A stretch of DNA of 63,811 nt, filler included, from Octopus bimaculoides (lineage: Eukaryota), in assembly GCF_001194135.2 (NCBI RefSeq). It is 12 parts of 9 records of this genome, joined end to end, with 100 filler letters (N's around TTAATTAATTAA, not from the genome) between each part and the next. Parts side by side here need not be neighbours in the genome. Positions count along the whole stretch, not along the records: positions 37,978 to 50,234 come from NC_068986.1; positions 50,335 to 54,288 come from NC_068985.1; 10 more parts are not named here. The stretch is one strand, 5' to 3'. Below the pieces are notes generated by a model. It worked only from the letters and a program-made list of their open reading frames with translations. It did no database searches and had not been told where the DNA came from. A program made the position numbers and the translations under genes. Positions 38,802 through 51,971 of the stretch are shown in pieces. The stretch's first letter is position 1. Each line of letters opens with the position of its first letter.

Positions 38802-39713
38802 CATGTCTCTGTATTTATGCCTATGTGTGTTTTTGTGTGAGTGAATTTGTACTGCATGTCTATTTACGCATCACCATTTCTACACGATATATATATACAT
38901 ATATATATATATATANNNNNNNNNNNNNNNNNNNNNNNNNNNNNNNNNNNNNNNNNNNNNNNNNNNNNNNNNNNNNNNNNNNNNNNNNNNNNNNNNNNNN
39001 NNNNNNNNNNNNNNNNNNNNNNNNNNNNNNNNNNNNNNNNNNNNNNNNNNNNNNNNNNNNNNNNNNNNNNNNNNNNNNNNNNNNNNNNNNNNNNNNNNNN
39101 NNNNNNNNNNNNNNNNNNNNNNNNNNNNNNNNNNNNNNNNNNNNNNNNNNNNNNNNNNNNNNNNNNNNNNNNNNNNNNNNNNNNNNNNNNNNNNNNNNNN
39201 NNNNNNNNNNNNNNNNNNNNNNNNNNNNNNNNNNNNNNNNNNNNNNNNNNNNNNNNNNNNNNNNNNNNNNNNNNNNNNNNNNNNNNNNNNNNNNNNNNNN
39301 NNNNNNNNNNNNNNNNNNNNNNNNNNNNNNNNNNNNNNNNNNNNNNNNNNNNNNNNNNNNNNNNNNNNNNNNNNNNNNNNNNNNNNNNNNNNNNNNNNNN
39401 NNNNNNNNNNNNNNNNNNNNNNNNNNNNNNNNNNNNNNNNNNNNNNNNNNNNNNNNNNNNNNNNNNNNNNNNNNNNNNNNNNNNNNNNNNNNNNNNNNNN
39501 NNNNNNNNNNNNNNNNNNNNNNNNNNNNNNNNNNNNNNNNNNNNNNNNNNNNNNNNNNNNNNNNNNNNNNNNNNNNNNNNNNNNNNNNNNNNNNNNNNNN
39601 NNNNNNNNNNNNNNNNNNNNNNNNNNNNNNNNNNNNNNNNNNNNNNNNNNNNNNNNNNNNNNNNNNNNNNNNNNNNNNNNNNNNNATATATTACAATTAA
39701 TAAGGGGAATGAC

Positions 39714-40122
39714 CACTTAAGTGGATTCCTATGCGTTAGAGGTAGACGTCAAATCGCCTAATCACAAAGAGTGTGTACTGAAGAAAAAAGTCAGCAGACA
39801 CCAGAATGTACAAAATAAGCAAAGCAAATGAAAATTTACAAAATAAAACGATTACCTGCATATCATTATTTCATTATTAATACTTGCAAAATGCAAAATG
39901 CAACATGCAATTATCTGTAACTCTTCAGCGTAGCCTGTTGTATTTCAAAACGTATTTCACAGAACTATACACAGAAAAGTTTTACCCAAAGAAAATTTGT
40001 AAATTTTCATTTGCCTTACTTATTTTTTACATTCTAGCGTTTGCTGAGTTGTTTTTTTAGAACACTCCTTGTGGTAAGGCGATTTGACGCCTATCTCTAG
40101 CGTTTAGTAATACACTGAAGTG
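39714..40122. mobile_element. Fold-back MITE, about 130-bp inverted arms
   Basis: gcgttagaggtagacgtcaaatcgcct...gcaaatgaaaatttacaaa is mirrored by tttgtaaattttcatttgc...aggcgatttgacgcctatctctagcg. Confidence 0.75.
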
Positions 40123-42655
40123 TATTACATTTATTAATTGTAATATAATTTTCAAATCTTCGGATGTCTTTAATAAGCTAGACCACTGGTCTAAATTGAT
40201 GTTAATTGAGTGATATCAATTTCTACACTCATTATTTAATTTATATATATGTATGTATGTATATATATATATATATATATGGGGGTACTTGTGTGTGTGT
40301 GTCTGTGTATGCATATGTGTGTGCGTGTGTACTGCATGTCCATTTACGTATCACCATTTATACATGATTTAACAAATTCGTTAACTTCGCTATACCATCC
40401 CACTTGAGTGTCGCAGCTGCACTCTCAATGAAATCGCCATGAATGATAAAATAACGACCCGAGTATGCACCAAACATTTGTATCGTTACAATAAGTTTCA
40501 AGTTATAATTACAACAATTCTGATCCTGACACAATATGCAACAAAGTTAACAGAACTGTTCCGTGTGGCTGTCACTCTAAAATTTCTACAATTTTTTCTA
40601 GTTTATTTCAAATTTGTTGTTTTGATGTAGTTTTGTATGTCAATTGTTCACACGAAACTCATTTCCGCCATGAATCAATGAATAAAGAGTTAATAACTTT
40701 AAATTAGCAAATTATGGGTAATTTTAGACAATTGACAGCCACAGACATATAGATACCTCTTCCGGAGTAACAAGCTTGCCGTTAGAAATCCCATTTATGA
40801 AAATCCATGCTCGTCTACAAATGTGTTTCAATCATGTTCAATTCCCAGCACGTAAAAGCTTAAAACTACAACATATGTGTTGTTTGGCCATGTTTTGCTT
40901 ATTAAACGCTTCGAACACGTGTTTTAGTCGCAATGTTGACATTATTGTTCTGTCGACATACGATTGAAGTCACACAATTTTTTTTTTTATGACTGTGTAA
41001 AAATGATCGAAATTTCTGCTAAGATTTTCTGGAACAAATGAATTAGGCGTGAAAAATTATATCAATACACTAAATTTCAAAATTTTCCTTTAATCTTAAA
41101 ATCCCATCCCCACTAAAGAAAAAAAAAACAAAGATTCAAGCCGACACTTTACTTTATGTACATCTTCACACGAATCGGCATCCCAACTGTTTGTTTTTCC
41201 GTCTAACCTACAATGCACTCACACTAATATCTCTTAACATTGACACAGCGATCTTCACTACATTTTCCCATCTGTTAATAAGTACAAGTTGAATGGTGAT
41301 ACATAATTATTGTGTCAAACAACTCGAAAGTTGAATGTTGTCTTGAAAATAAATCAGTAAACATTCCTTCTTTTATCTATTTCATTTCAAAACACCAGGT
41401 CACTAAAGACCATTATGAACTTCAAACATACTCAACGTACTAGAGTAAAGGAAAAACGGCGTATAAGAAAAACGGAAATGATAAAACGCGCTATAAGTGT
41501 GGTAATATTTCTGTGATACAGAATTCATTATAGGAATGTAATTTATGTAACCATATAGAAGTCAACTACTAAATAATTCAACCAGCTTTAACTACAAACC
41601 CTCTGAGAATTTCATAAAATGAAAAAGCAAAGCTACATATCATGTCTTATCTTTGTTACGTTATAGATTATAATTTTGTCCATATTTCTTAAGGTGTTAA
41701 TCTTTTCGTGTCAATATGACCGATTCTAGCGAACGAGCACTGATATTTGTAAGTTCAAAAGGAAACGCTATGAAAACATAGTATTTATTTATCATTAACA
41801 TTCTTCAATTTCCCTCCGTTGTCCGATAAAATCTTGGAGATACGTATCAGATATTCAAGTTAAATGTACATCTGATAAATATGCCATCTAATATCCGTTA
41901 AGCTTTATACACTGTATAGAACGTGAAGCGGCTTTCTTAATATTCTCTTCTCAGAAGGGCCCTAAAGTATTTATTGAAAATTTAAAGTGATTATAGTGTA
42001 TCACTGATAAAAAGAAGAAAGTAAAATTAAATTAGAATATGCTTATGATGAGCAGTTAATGGGACAAAGGATTTATTTTAGTTCAAACGGAACGTAAGTA
42101 TACGATACACTGCATTTTGTCTGATCAGCTTTTCACTTTGTGCCCTTTAATATTCGGCACTGAATATCGACATCAGAATCGTGACGTTTGGATGGCTATT
42201 ACAACATACATATTATATGCAGAAATAAGGCCTTCGATTATCAAATTGCCTTCCTACGAATATCATCCTCTTATCACTCCATATATGTATATATATATAT
42301 ATATATATNNNNNNNNNNNNNNNNNNNNNNNNNNNNNNNNNNNNNNNNNNNNNNNNNNNNNNNNNNNNNNNNNNNNNNNNNNNNNNNNNNNNNNNNNNNN
42401 NNNNNNNNNNNNNNNNNNNNNNNNNNNNNNNNNNNNNNNNNNNNNNNNNNNNNNNNNNNNNNNNNNNNNNNNNNNNNNNNNNNNNNNNNNNNNNNNNNNN
42501 NNNNNNNNNNNNNNNNNNNNNNNNNNNNNNNNNNTATACACCTATATTGAGTGGTGGCAGGACGGTATTGTTATATATACTTATATACAAATGCTATCAT
42601 ACACAAATATAAACATATATCTGTGGGTATGAAAGAGAGAGAGAGAGAGAGTGAG

Positions 42656-42701
<46 letters not shown>

Positions 42702-44788
42702 GTGCGTGTGTGTTTATGTGTGTATGTATATGTGTAAGCGCACGCTTTCTGTGCGCCATGAATTTGAATAAAATCCTTCAAATCTGAAGATTATGCAGCA
42801 TAGTGTTTGAAAGATTAACAACTATAACGAACATCGCAAACTAGAAGCAACCTCTATATTTACATTGATGAGTCGGACTGCAATTCATTAGTTCATGTTT
42901 GATCCGAATTCCAATGTTGTTTGCTCTGTAGACTATAATATAATACTGAGTATGGAGATTTGATATCAGAACGGAAGTAACATTATCATGTTATTGAGTG
43001 CCTAGGAATTGCCATTGGGATTGTGTCTATCTATTCCCGGATTGAGTTTTACAATAGAAATTAGACGTCTCACATAAAGAGGCCGGAACGTACGTACATA
43101 CATGCATATATGAACGTATATATATATATATATATTAACATAAGTGGAAATATTTCAACTTTGGTTAATGTATACATTCATACATAATTGCATACGTACA
43201 AACACACACATAAAGACTCACATACATACATATGCGGAAGACGCGAATCTGCGCCTATTGAATACATATGTATGGTTTCTTAACATAAACTACATTTATA
43301 TATACATGAAATATATTTACCTACGTGCCTACAGATGTAGATATGCTATTGTNNNNNNNNNNNNNNNNNNNNNNNNNNNNNNNNNNNNNNNNNNNNNNNN
43401 NNNNNNNNNNNNNNNNNNNNNNNNNNNNNNNNNNNNNNNNNNNNNNNNNNNNNNNNNNNNNNNNNNNNNNNNNNNNNNNNNNNNNNNNNNNNNNNNNNNN
43501 NNNNNNNNNNNNNNNNNNNNNNNNNNNNNNNNNNNNNNNNNNNNNNNNNNNNNNNNNNNNNNNNNNNNNNNNNNNNNNNNNNNNNNNNNNNNNNNNNNNN
43601 NNNNNNNNNNNNNNNNNNNNNNGATTACCGTGAATTTTTTAGAGACACTTTCAAATTTACCAGAATATTGGACTGATGATTTGGAATAGGGAAATTTTCA
43701 TTCCCTTAACCATGAAACGATCGTATCCGATTAACTAAAGACTTGTTTTGTTTATTCTTTCCCCTCCGGTTTTTTGTTCTATGTGTGCCATAAATATCGC
43801 CATCCATTTAGAGAAAAATTTGTAGTTTAGAATCAGTAGTTTTTGACTGCTATTTCTAAATTTTCAGTATGTTGGAGAAGCAACTCAATGCTAATCCCTG
43901 TATATTTATGATTATATATATATATATATATTAACATAAGTGGAAATATTTCAACTTTGGTTAATGTATACATTCATACATAATTGCATACGTACAAACA
44001 CACACATAAAGACTCACATACATACATATGCGGAAGACGCGAATCTGCGCCTATTGAATACATATGTATGGTTTCTTAACATAAACTACATTTATATATA
44101 CATGAAATATATTTACCTACGTGCCTACAGATGTAGATATGCTATTGTATGTCTCATCACAAGTAGATTTCAATATCTAACATTTTCTAAACTAATATTT
44201 GACTGTGTAAACTTCCTCTATAGACCAATTTCCTCTTTGTGGAAAGAATATATGAAAATAGATTAATAGTGCATGTTCGAAAGCAAAAATATCTGAAAAT
44301 AGAAAGATATTTAAAGAACATTTCTTTACCATCTCACACTTCGCTAAACATGACAAAATATTCCAAAAATAATGTAATTGTGAAAATATATAATAAAATA
44401 TTTCACATTTCCATTACATTTGTCCGTTTGAAAAAAAAAACATATTTATTTGAAGGACGAGATACGGATTAATTCCAGTTCATGTAGTCTAGATAAAACG
44501 AATTCTTCAGATGTATGTGATATCAGTTTATCGCTTATTTCCTGAGTTACACACACACAACAGACGTAAATGCATACATATATCTGAGTGTGTGCACATA
44601 TATGGATGTGTGTGTGTGCTTATTGTGTATATAAGTATGCCTACATTCAGTAATATTTTACTTTTATAAAATGGAAAAAAAATGTTCAATAACTAAAGAT
44701 TAGTGTGTCTTGCAGGAATAAGTTAAAGTTTACTCAGTTGTAACTCACGGTTTCACGTTGCCGATTACTAACAGGTTACATGCTAGGT

Positions 44789-44871
44789 AATATATAAACA
44801 AATTTGTCTTAAACAATATATAAACAAATTTATTTGTCTATAAGCAATATATAAACAAATTTGTCTTAAAC
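44789..44871. repeat. 26-31-bp minisatellite (3 copies)
   Basis: aatatataaacaaatttgtcttaaac repeated, with the middle copy expanded. Confidence 0.85.
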
Positions 44872-45781
44872 AAGTAGAAATACGAAAAATAGAAATACCA
44901 TTGATATGTGATCAGTTGGCGAAATGTGTTGGTAACTGCATGATATATACACCGATTAATTTATGCACTAAAACTTGAACTTTTCCTTTTTACCTCTCAC
45001 AAAATTGTTTGATATGCTCATGTTTTCCATTTTTCCATTCATAAAATACACGTAAATAAAAAGGCAAATATCAATGAAGTTAAAAATTTTATAATAACAC
45101 ATCTGCTTTCATTTTATAATTTATGCGGTTTCATGTAATAGAACTTTTATGCTAATGGAAATAAATTACCGGCGTGGTTGTTAGAAATTAATGAATATGT
45201 ACTTACCTGCAGCATTGAATCGTTTACTCATTTATGTTGCACAGGTAAACGCTCATAATACGATTAGATACAGTCTCAAAACATTATGAAGTCATTAATG
45301 CGAAGAAACCAACGCTGAAGCATCTACGCTGTCGTTTAATCTATTAATTTATAAGGCAACCAAATTTTCAGTGAATTACGTCTAACGTAATTCTAAAATA
45401 TCTCATTGATTTTGAAGTAAGGGTTCTAAGGTTGAAGGCAATTTGTTCAAAGTCGTTATCAAAGCAGGAGCCAACCCTTCTTTAATTTGGCATTTGTTAC
45501 TTACAAGCATCTAATTTTTTATAGTTTTTCATTGCACACGCCGTCCAAACAGCAGCCGCTTTGTTCGGTTTCTTAAGTTCTATTTTCGTTTGATGTTCGT
45601 AGGAACATGCCGTAAATAGAATCCATAATCCTACTTAGTGTACAACACTTGGCAACGTTAATTCTCTTCGGCGTACAGCACTTGGCAATGGTCTTCATTT
45701 TTTTGTTCATTTTCAAGCACAATTCTTCATTTGTAAGGAATTTCCGAGAATTGTTGACATGGGCAAACGCTGAGAAGTGTA

Positions 45782-46653
45782 TGTGAGGTCTGACCAATAA
45801 GTATCCGGACTATTCTCATAGTAATGAAGCTAAAACATGCACAGTGCGGCTGTTTGGCACAAATTAACCTTCAACGCGGCTCTGCATGCGCACAAAGTTT
45901 CAACTTCTAGATTAATTCCGCTGCTTAGAGCAGTCCTTGGAAGGAAGGTGTGTAGCGTGTGATCGTCGCATAGACCATGGCAGTGAAAGCTGTCATGGCG
46001 ATACCTGCTCAGTGGCCTACGATAAGCTGCAAAATGTGTTTGGAGTTGAGTGTATGAGCTGCACACAAGTTACGTGTGGTTCATACGTTTCCAGGATGGC
46101 TGAAAAAGTGTCCATATTGACCAACGTTCTGGTAGACATGCAACCAGCAGAACTGAGAAAAACATCGCAGATGTGCGTGCAGATGAGAGAGGAAATCATC
46201 GAGTCATCATCCATTAATTATCAGAAGATGTGCAAATTAGTTACAGTTCAGTTCATTCCGGGTGTCTGCCAAGTTTGTGCAAAAACTGATATGTGCTGAC
46301 CGAAAACAAAAAACAAAACAAAAAAACAAAAAAAAACACTCGGGTTTCAGTTGCACAATATCTGCTTGATTGTGTGGAGAACGATGTACATATTTTAAAA
46401 CGTTTGCGTGGGCCTCTGATCAGGTATCACTAAGCTCTTGGCAACATTTGATGCAGATTCTCTGCTGAACTTTCTCTGTCATGGTCAATGCAACGATCAT
46501 GCGTTAAATACGTTCCTTCCAAGCACTGCTGTAAACAGCGGTAGTTAACTAGAAAGGTAAAACTTAGGGTACATGCACGGCAGGGATCAAGGTTAATCTG
46601 TGCCAAGCAGCGTCAGTGTCTGCGTAGATATTTATTGATCAGACTACTATGTA
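45782..46653. mobile_element. Mariner (Tc1/mariner) derivative: + strand 5' transposase fragment joined to an inverted second 5' end
   Basis: Left TIR gaggtctgaccaataagtatccggact and right TIR remnant gatatttattgatcagact. Frameshifted + strand peptide YDKLQNVFGVECMSCTQV..WFIRFQDG..DQRSGRHATSRTEKNIADVR..RVSAKFVQKL is the mariner HTH region. About 46400-46653 is an inverted copy of the 5' end with its own ATG (46482) MTEKVQQRICIK. Confidence 0.8.
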
Positions 46654-46699
46654 TATTGTTTGTAACCAGTTTGGATTTAGTGGAAATGTGACTAGGCAC

Positions 46700-47080
46700 G
46701 GATGAACTTCAGATAACATGGCGGTAGAATTAGATGATTGACTTCCATTGGTATAAACGATACATTTTAAAGAATTTTTATTCAATAGCTTTTCATTGAT
46801 GAGAACAGGTGAATTTCTTTCCGGATCTAAGAAAGATATTCTTGGGAAAATCGTCTCTTGTGGGGAATTGGATTTAGATACTAAATGCAGGATTAGATAT
46901 TGTGTTATTGCAAGTGGATGTAAATGCGTGCATACCTGTTCATATTCTTCCAAGTATCTGACAAATATCGCCTGCATTTCTGGAATACATGCATGACACT
47001 TGGACTTTTCTTCCATTTTCTTCACAACGCTGAGCTTCGCGTAAATTTTAAATATAATAATTCCCGCAAACCACATATAC
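46700..47080 (-). mobile_element. Possible I/Nimb-group LINE remnant with RNase H start
   Basis: IVYTNGSQSSNSTA resembles RNase H xYTDGSK. Single weak motif. Confidence 0.3.
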
Positions 47081-48274
47081 AAATAAAAATCTTATTTGTT
47101 TCTTACGATGTACTTCTTGCATCTTTATATACGCGAGGGATAAAATGACATAAGGTAAGCAAATTTAGTGGTGAGAGACTAGAAGATTAGACCCACCCTA
47201 GTAATTGCCGGGTACTTCATTTCATCCACAGTACAATGAGGAAAATAAAGTAAACAATGTTAGGGATTGAACCGAAACGTAAGTTGAAATTCATAATAAT
47301 AGAATTATTTCTATTATACAAAGGATGAGCCCGTATTTTGGAATATGCAAGTATTGGAGAAATTTATACAATAAAGGATTGATATATTGTCCTTATCTAG
47401 AAGATTGTAATAAAATAGTGTGTTAACTATTGCATAATATGCTACAAGAAAGGCTAATGAATCGAGTTCTGAATTGGAGATATTATTAAGCAATATTTTT
47501 AGTCATTAATCTTTTTGCAAATACAACAACCGTATTTCTTATTGTTGTGGAGCGGTTGCACTGTCTCAACCATTTTAAATTACAAACGATTAACACAAAA
47601 GAAATAAAGAAAATCTAGCCACCATTATCAAATTTCTTAATAACAAGAACATCCTCGTTCAAAGTAACCTTCATTAAGAAAATTGTCTTTCCCTAGGGGA
47701 TTTTAGTGCAAGAAAATAATTTCCGCTCAGTCGTTAAGTTAAAATATACGTACATATGCACTTTAAGTACTTCAAATTAGGCAGCATATCCCCATAACTT
47801 TAAATTATGAGTACTATCGATATGTAATGAATCTATATCATAAAGGGAGAAAATAGGAAAACGTCTGTTACTTAAAATATGGCCAACTTCTGCTAAGATA
47901 GAAAAGCAAACATAATTTATGTAAATTAATACTGGTTGCACAGTGATTCTGTGCGGAAGCGTAATGCAGAGTTTATAATTTAATAATATATTGTTTATAT
48001 ATTATCAGACGTTATCTCAACAATTTAGACTGTATGCCGAGTGTCATATTTCAGTTGGTTCCTTATTTCTAAACACAAAATTCAGACACGTGTGTACTTA
48101 AATTTACAAACGATAGACGTGGATCGTAAATATTGAATGTAATAGCCCCTTTCTTTCTATCTATCTAAATATAGTTTTCAGTTTATGAGCACGTGTAATA
48201 AATACTTTTGAAAGTAAAATCATATGCATCTATTTCAGTTTGTTTATAGATATATATATAAGTGTGAATGCGTG

Positions 48275-48327
<53 letters not shown>

Positions 48328-49109
48328 NNNNNNNNNNNNNNNNNNNNNNNNNNNNNNNNNNNNNNNNNNNNNNNNNNNNNNNNNNNNNNNNNNNNNNNNN
48401 NNNNNNNNNNNNNNNNNNNNNNNNNNNNNNNNNNNNNNNNNNNNNNNNNNNNNNNNNNNNNNNNNNNNNNNNNNNNNNNNNNNNNNNNNNNNNNNNNNNN
48501 NNNNNNNNNNNNNNNNNNNNNNNNNNNNNNNNNNNNNNNNNNNNNNNNNNNNNNNNNNNNNNNNNNNNNNNNNNNNNNNNNNNNNNNNNNNNNNNNNNNN
48601 NNNNNNNNNNNNNNNNNNNNNNNNNNNNNNNNNNNNNNNNNNNNNNNNNNNNNNNNNNNNNNNNNNNNNNNNNNNNNNNNNNNNNNNNNNNNNNNNNNNN
48701 NNNNNNNNNNNNNNNNNNNNNNNNNNNNNNNNNNNNNNNNNNNNNNNNNNNNNNNNNNNNNNNNNNNNNNNNNNNNNNNNNNNNNNNNNNNNNNNNNNNN
48801 NNNNNNNNNNNNNNNNNNNNNNNNNNNNNNNNNNNNNNNNNNNNNNNNNNNNNNNNNNNNNNNNNNNNNNNNNNNNNNNNNNNNNNNNNNNNNNNNNNNN
48901 NNNNNNNNNNNNNNNNNNNNNNNNNNNNNNNNNNNNNNNNNNNNNNNNNNNNNNNNNNNNNNNNNNNNNNNNNNNNNNNNNNNNNNNNNNNNNNNNNNNN
49001 NNNNNNNNNNNNNNNNNNNNNNNNNNNNNNNNNNNNNNNNNNNNNNNNNNNNNNNNNNNNNNNNNNNNNNNNNNNNNNNNNNNNNNNNNNNNNNNNNNNN
49101 NNNNNNNNN

Positions 49110-49800
49110 TTCTAATGACTTTTAGAACAAGAGATCAGGAAACCATGATGGTGCTCTGGAAGACACTTGTTCTAAGCCACTTTGACTATTGCTCTCAGCT
49201 ATGGTCACCAACCAGTGTCAATTTAATCTCAGAACTTGAGGCAATCCAACGAAGCTACACGAAGAAGATGCCTCTATGCAGCATATAAGCTATTGGGAAA
49301 GACTCAAGAGATTAAGACTCTATTCCTTAGAGCGTAGACGAGAAAGATATGCCATAATATACATCTGGAAGATCCTCGAAGGTATTGTCCCAAACTTTGG
49401 CATCGAAAGTTACACAAATAAAAGAATTGGACGCCATTGCATAATGCCAAAGACGCCAAATTTGCCATCATGATGTAGGACAAAATACTGCAATAGCCTG
49501 GGCTTCAAAGGTTCACAGCTCTTCAATATCCTCCCGAAGGACCTGAGAGACCTGCATGCGGTGGATGTAGGTGACTTCAAGACATGGCTGGACCTCTTCC
49601 AGTCAGGTGTCCCACATGAACCAACTTCACGTCAGGAGGCGCAGATGAGAGCAGCTGCATCAAACTCTCTCATGCACCAAATGTCAATTCCTGAAGTAAA
49701 ATTCATGAAGTAAAATTGTGTAGCAACACCAAATGGCGGTGCCCCAGCATGGGCACAGCTCATGAGCTGAAACTAGATAAAATGAAATAAAATGAAAACT
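49110..49800 (+). mobile_element. CR1/L2-group LINE 3' end (ORF2 C-terminus, stop 49711-49713, 3' tail)
   Basis: LWKTLVLSHFDYCSQLWSP...LEAIQRSYTK; SYWERLKRLRLYSLERRRERYAIIYIWKILEG; QLFNILPKDLR. Typical post-RT domain with one frameshift and one stop. Confidence 0.85.
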
Positions 49801-50334
49801 GAAATGAAATATGCATAAATATACAAATATGTTAATAGATACACATTTGAAAATGGTTTTGTCCTTACAACAGAGCGGTTTCAAAATTATATTATTATAA
49901 AAATGGAAGAAAACCATAAATTAAAACGTAGCTTTAGCAGAAGGAAAAATAGCTTTATATCCAGGTGAAATTAGTTAATTTAAAAAAATAATAAACTTAA
50001 ATAGATTAAAAAGATATGTCCGTTTAAACTACCAACATTTACAAAGAACTAACATCATAAAAATACATATCCGTTTAGTAATGTACACGCATACCAAATG
50101 ATCTATATGTACAGATAAACACTAAGTATGCAAACGTTGGTATATAACTACAGGCAAATACAAATAAATAACGCGAAACATAAATACATACAGATTCCTG
50201 AATGTTCTGTGTTCTTGTCCCATTCTGTATTATTNNNNNNNNNNNNNNNNNNNNNNNNNNNNNNNNNNNNNNNNNNNNTTAATTAATTAANNNNNNNNNN
50301 NNNNNNNNNNNNNNNNNNNNNNNNNNNNNNNNNN

Positions 50335-50640
50335 CTCACGGTTGTAGCAATAGCGAAAGAGGCAGTATGGAAGACGAGGATAAAAGGAATTAAGACAGGC
50401 AACTTTATCTCTGGCCACAATTTACGTTCATTTTTTACTTTTCATTTGAAAAGGAAAGTGTGGCTAGAGAGGAGATGTCTGTCGGAGTGTACGTTCCAAA
50501 AGAGATGGAAGCATGTTGCACGAGTGTTGTGCGTGCAAGGAACAGTGTGAATAGTCAGGAAAAAAAAAGGTGCCAGCGATAGATTGGGGCTTGTGGGGTC
50601 GGAGCGTGGCCTGATCATCGCTTCATTTGTGTTGTCTAAC
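50335..50640 (+). mobile_element. L1/Tx1-like LINE ORF2 C-terminus and 3' UTR
   Basis: Stop-free LTVVAIAKEAVWKTRIKG...LKRKVWLERRCLS...FQKRWKHVARV* (50335-50550) has the AK..(V/I)W..R motif of L1/Tx1 C-termini. Confidence 0.5.
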
Positions 50641-51889
50641 GTACTGTTAATATCATTCGATTTTTTATATTTTATATAATTTTTAAAGTCATTAGGGAAC
50701 AGTTGTATATAAGATTCAGATGTAGTGAGTATGAGAGAAGACAGCTGGTATGAGTTTGAAATGTATCTATAGAAATGTTGAGCATGTGAAGTGGATAGAA
50801 CATATAGAAAGACATCTAAAAATTGACAGAAAAGTATTTAGCTCTGCACGTTATTACTTTGGTTAAATGCAGGAAATTACAAAACATGATACAAAGAATA
50901 TGTAGGATTTTAAAAATGTCTTTGACACTATTAATTTATAAAAAAAATTATTCAAAGGAGTTCTTAAAAAAAAAATAATAACTTACAAAAATCGAAGTTT
51001 TCTATGGTATTTTCAGTTCATAGAATAGCTTCATTCACAATTTAGTGATTATTTTTTTGTTTACATCATGTACGACTATAATACGTAGTCATAACAACCA
51101 TTATGGACGTTAATCACCAGTTATTTGCTTTTAAATGTCAGAGAAGAGACAGGTTGCAATGATTTACATGGAAAATTCGAAAATGCAGCTATCTGTTTAA
51201 AGATAACCCTAATTTCAGATTAGTGCGTTCTCCCCATCTCCCTACAAAATATCAGTTATCTTAAAACGTTTTCGATTTTCTTCGTTGATTGACGGTGTCA
51301 CTTGCGATTTATTCCCGTCACAGCTGGAATTCATGTAAATATATGATCAAATGCAATTATTTATTCATGAATTAGATTATTTAGCAAGTTGATTATTAAA
51401 CTGTGTTTTATGTGTTATAAATAAAGACATTGTATTTTGTATTGGATTATTTGTAGTCTTTTAATTGTCATGTAAATACGGCGTTTTGTCCGACCAAAGA
51501 AGTTTCAATTTTCAGAATATGTCTCTGTCCAAAATTTGTCCGATCATAGAAGCAACATCAAGCCTGATTAGTACTCAGAAAATGCAATACCCACGTGAAC
51601 TTATTTCCTGCTCCTACCTTAGAAAGAAGAGAATTTGGACCTTTATTATAAATGGCTAAATAAAATAAACTTGTGTACTCTTTTTGTCAATGCAAACAGT
51701 CACAGATTTCCACAATCCGAAGAAATGATTTATTCTTATTTACAGCGTCTCGGTGGCAAGAGAAGTTAAGGGTTGATAGGAAAATTACACTGTAACAAAT
51801 AAGCATCGAAGCTGTTATGTGGTCGCTCGATTTGTTAGGAAAATCTCACTCCATTCACGCTTTAGTATCCTTTAAAAAAAAAGCTTTTC

Positions 51890-51971
51890 GGATTTACATT
51901 ATACCTGAATAAAAGAGGGATGGATACGCAGGACTTACATTATACCTGAATAAAAGAGGGAGGGATACGCA
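51890..51971. repeat. 41-bp tandem duplication (2 copies)
   Basis: gga(t/c)ttacattatacctgaataaaagaggga(t/g)ggatacgca x2. Confidence 0.9.

Noticed and set aside
43120-44148. Identical direct repeat of about 233 bp (43120-43352 and 43916-44148)
   Set aside because: The first copy ends at an N gap and the copies are identical, so this is most likely an unmerged overlap or haplotype artefact rather than a real duplication.
45573-45797. Small ORF with duplicated AKCCT motif, conotoxin-like
   Set aside because: It is explained by a local 17-nt direct repeat (gtaca.cacttggcaa) and overlaps the mariner TIR. There is no signal peptide.
45937-46299. 120-aa Cys-rich ORF (MEGRCVAC...) as a novel zinc-finger or toxin gene
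   Set aside because: It is a mosaic of in-frame and out-of-frame mariner transposase sequence.
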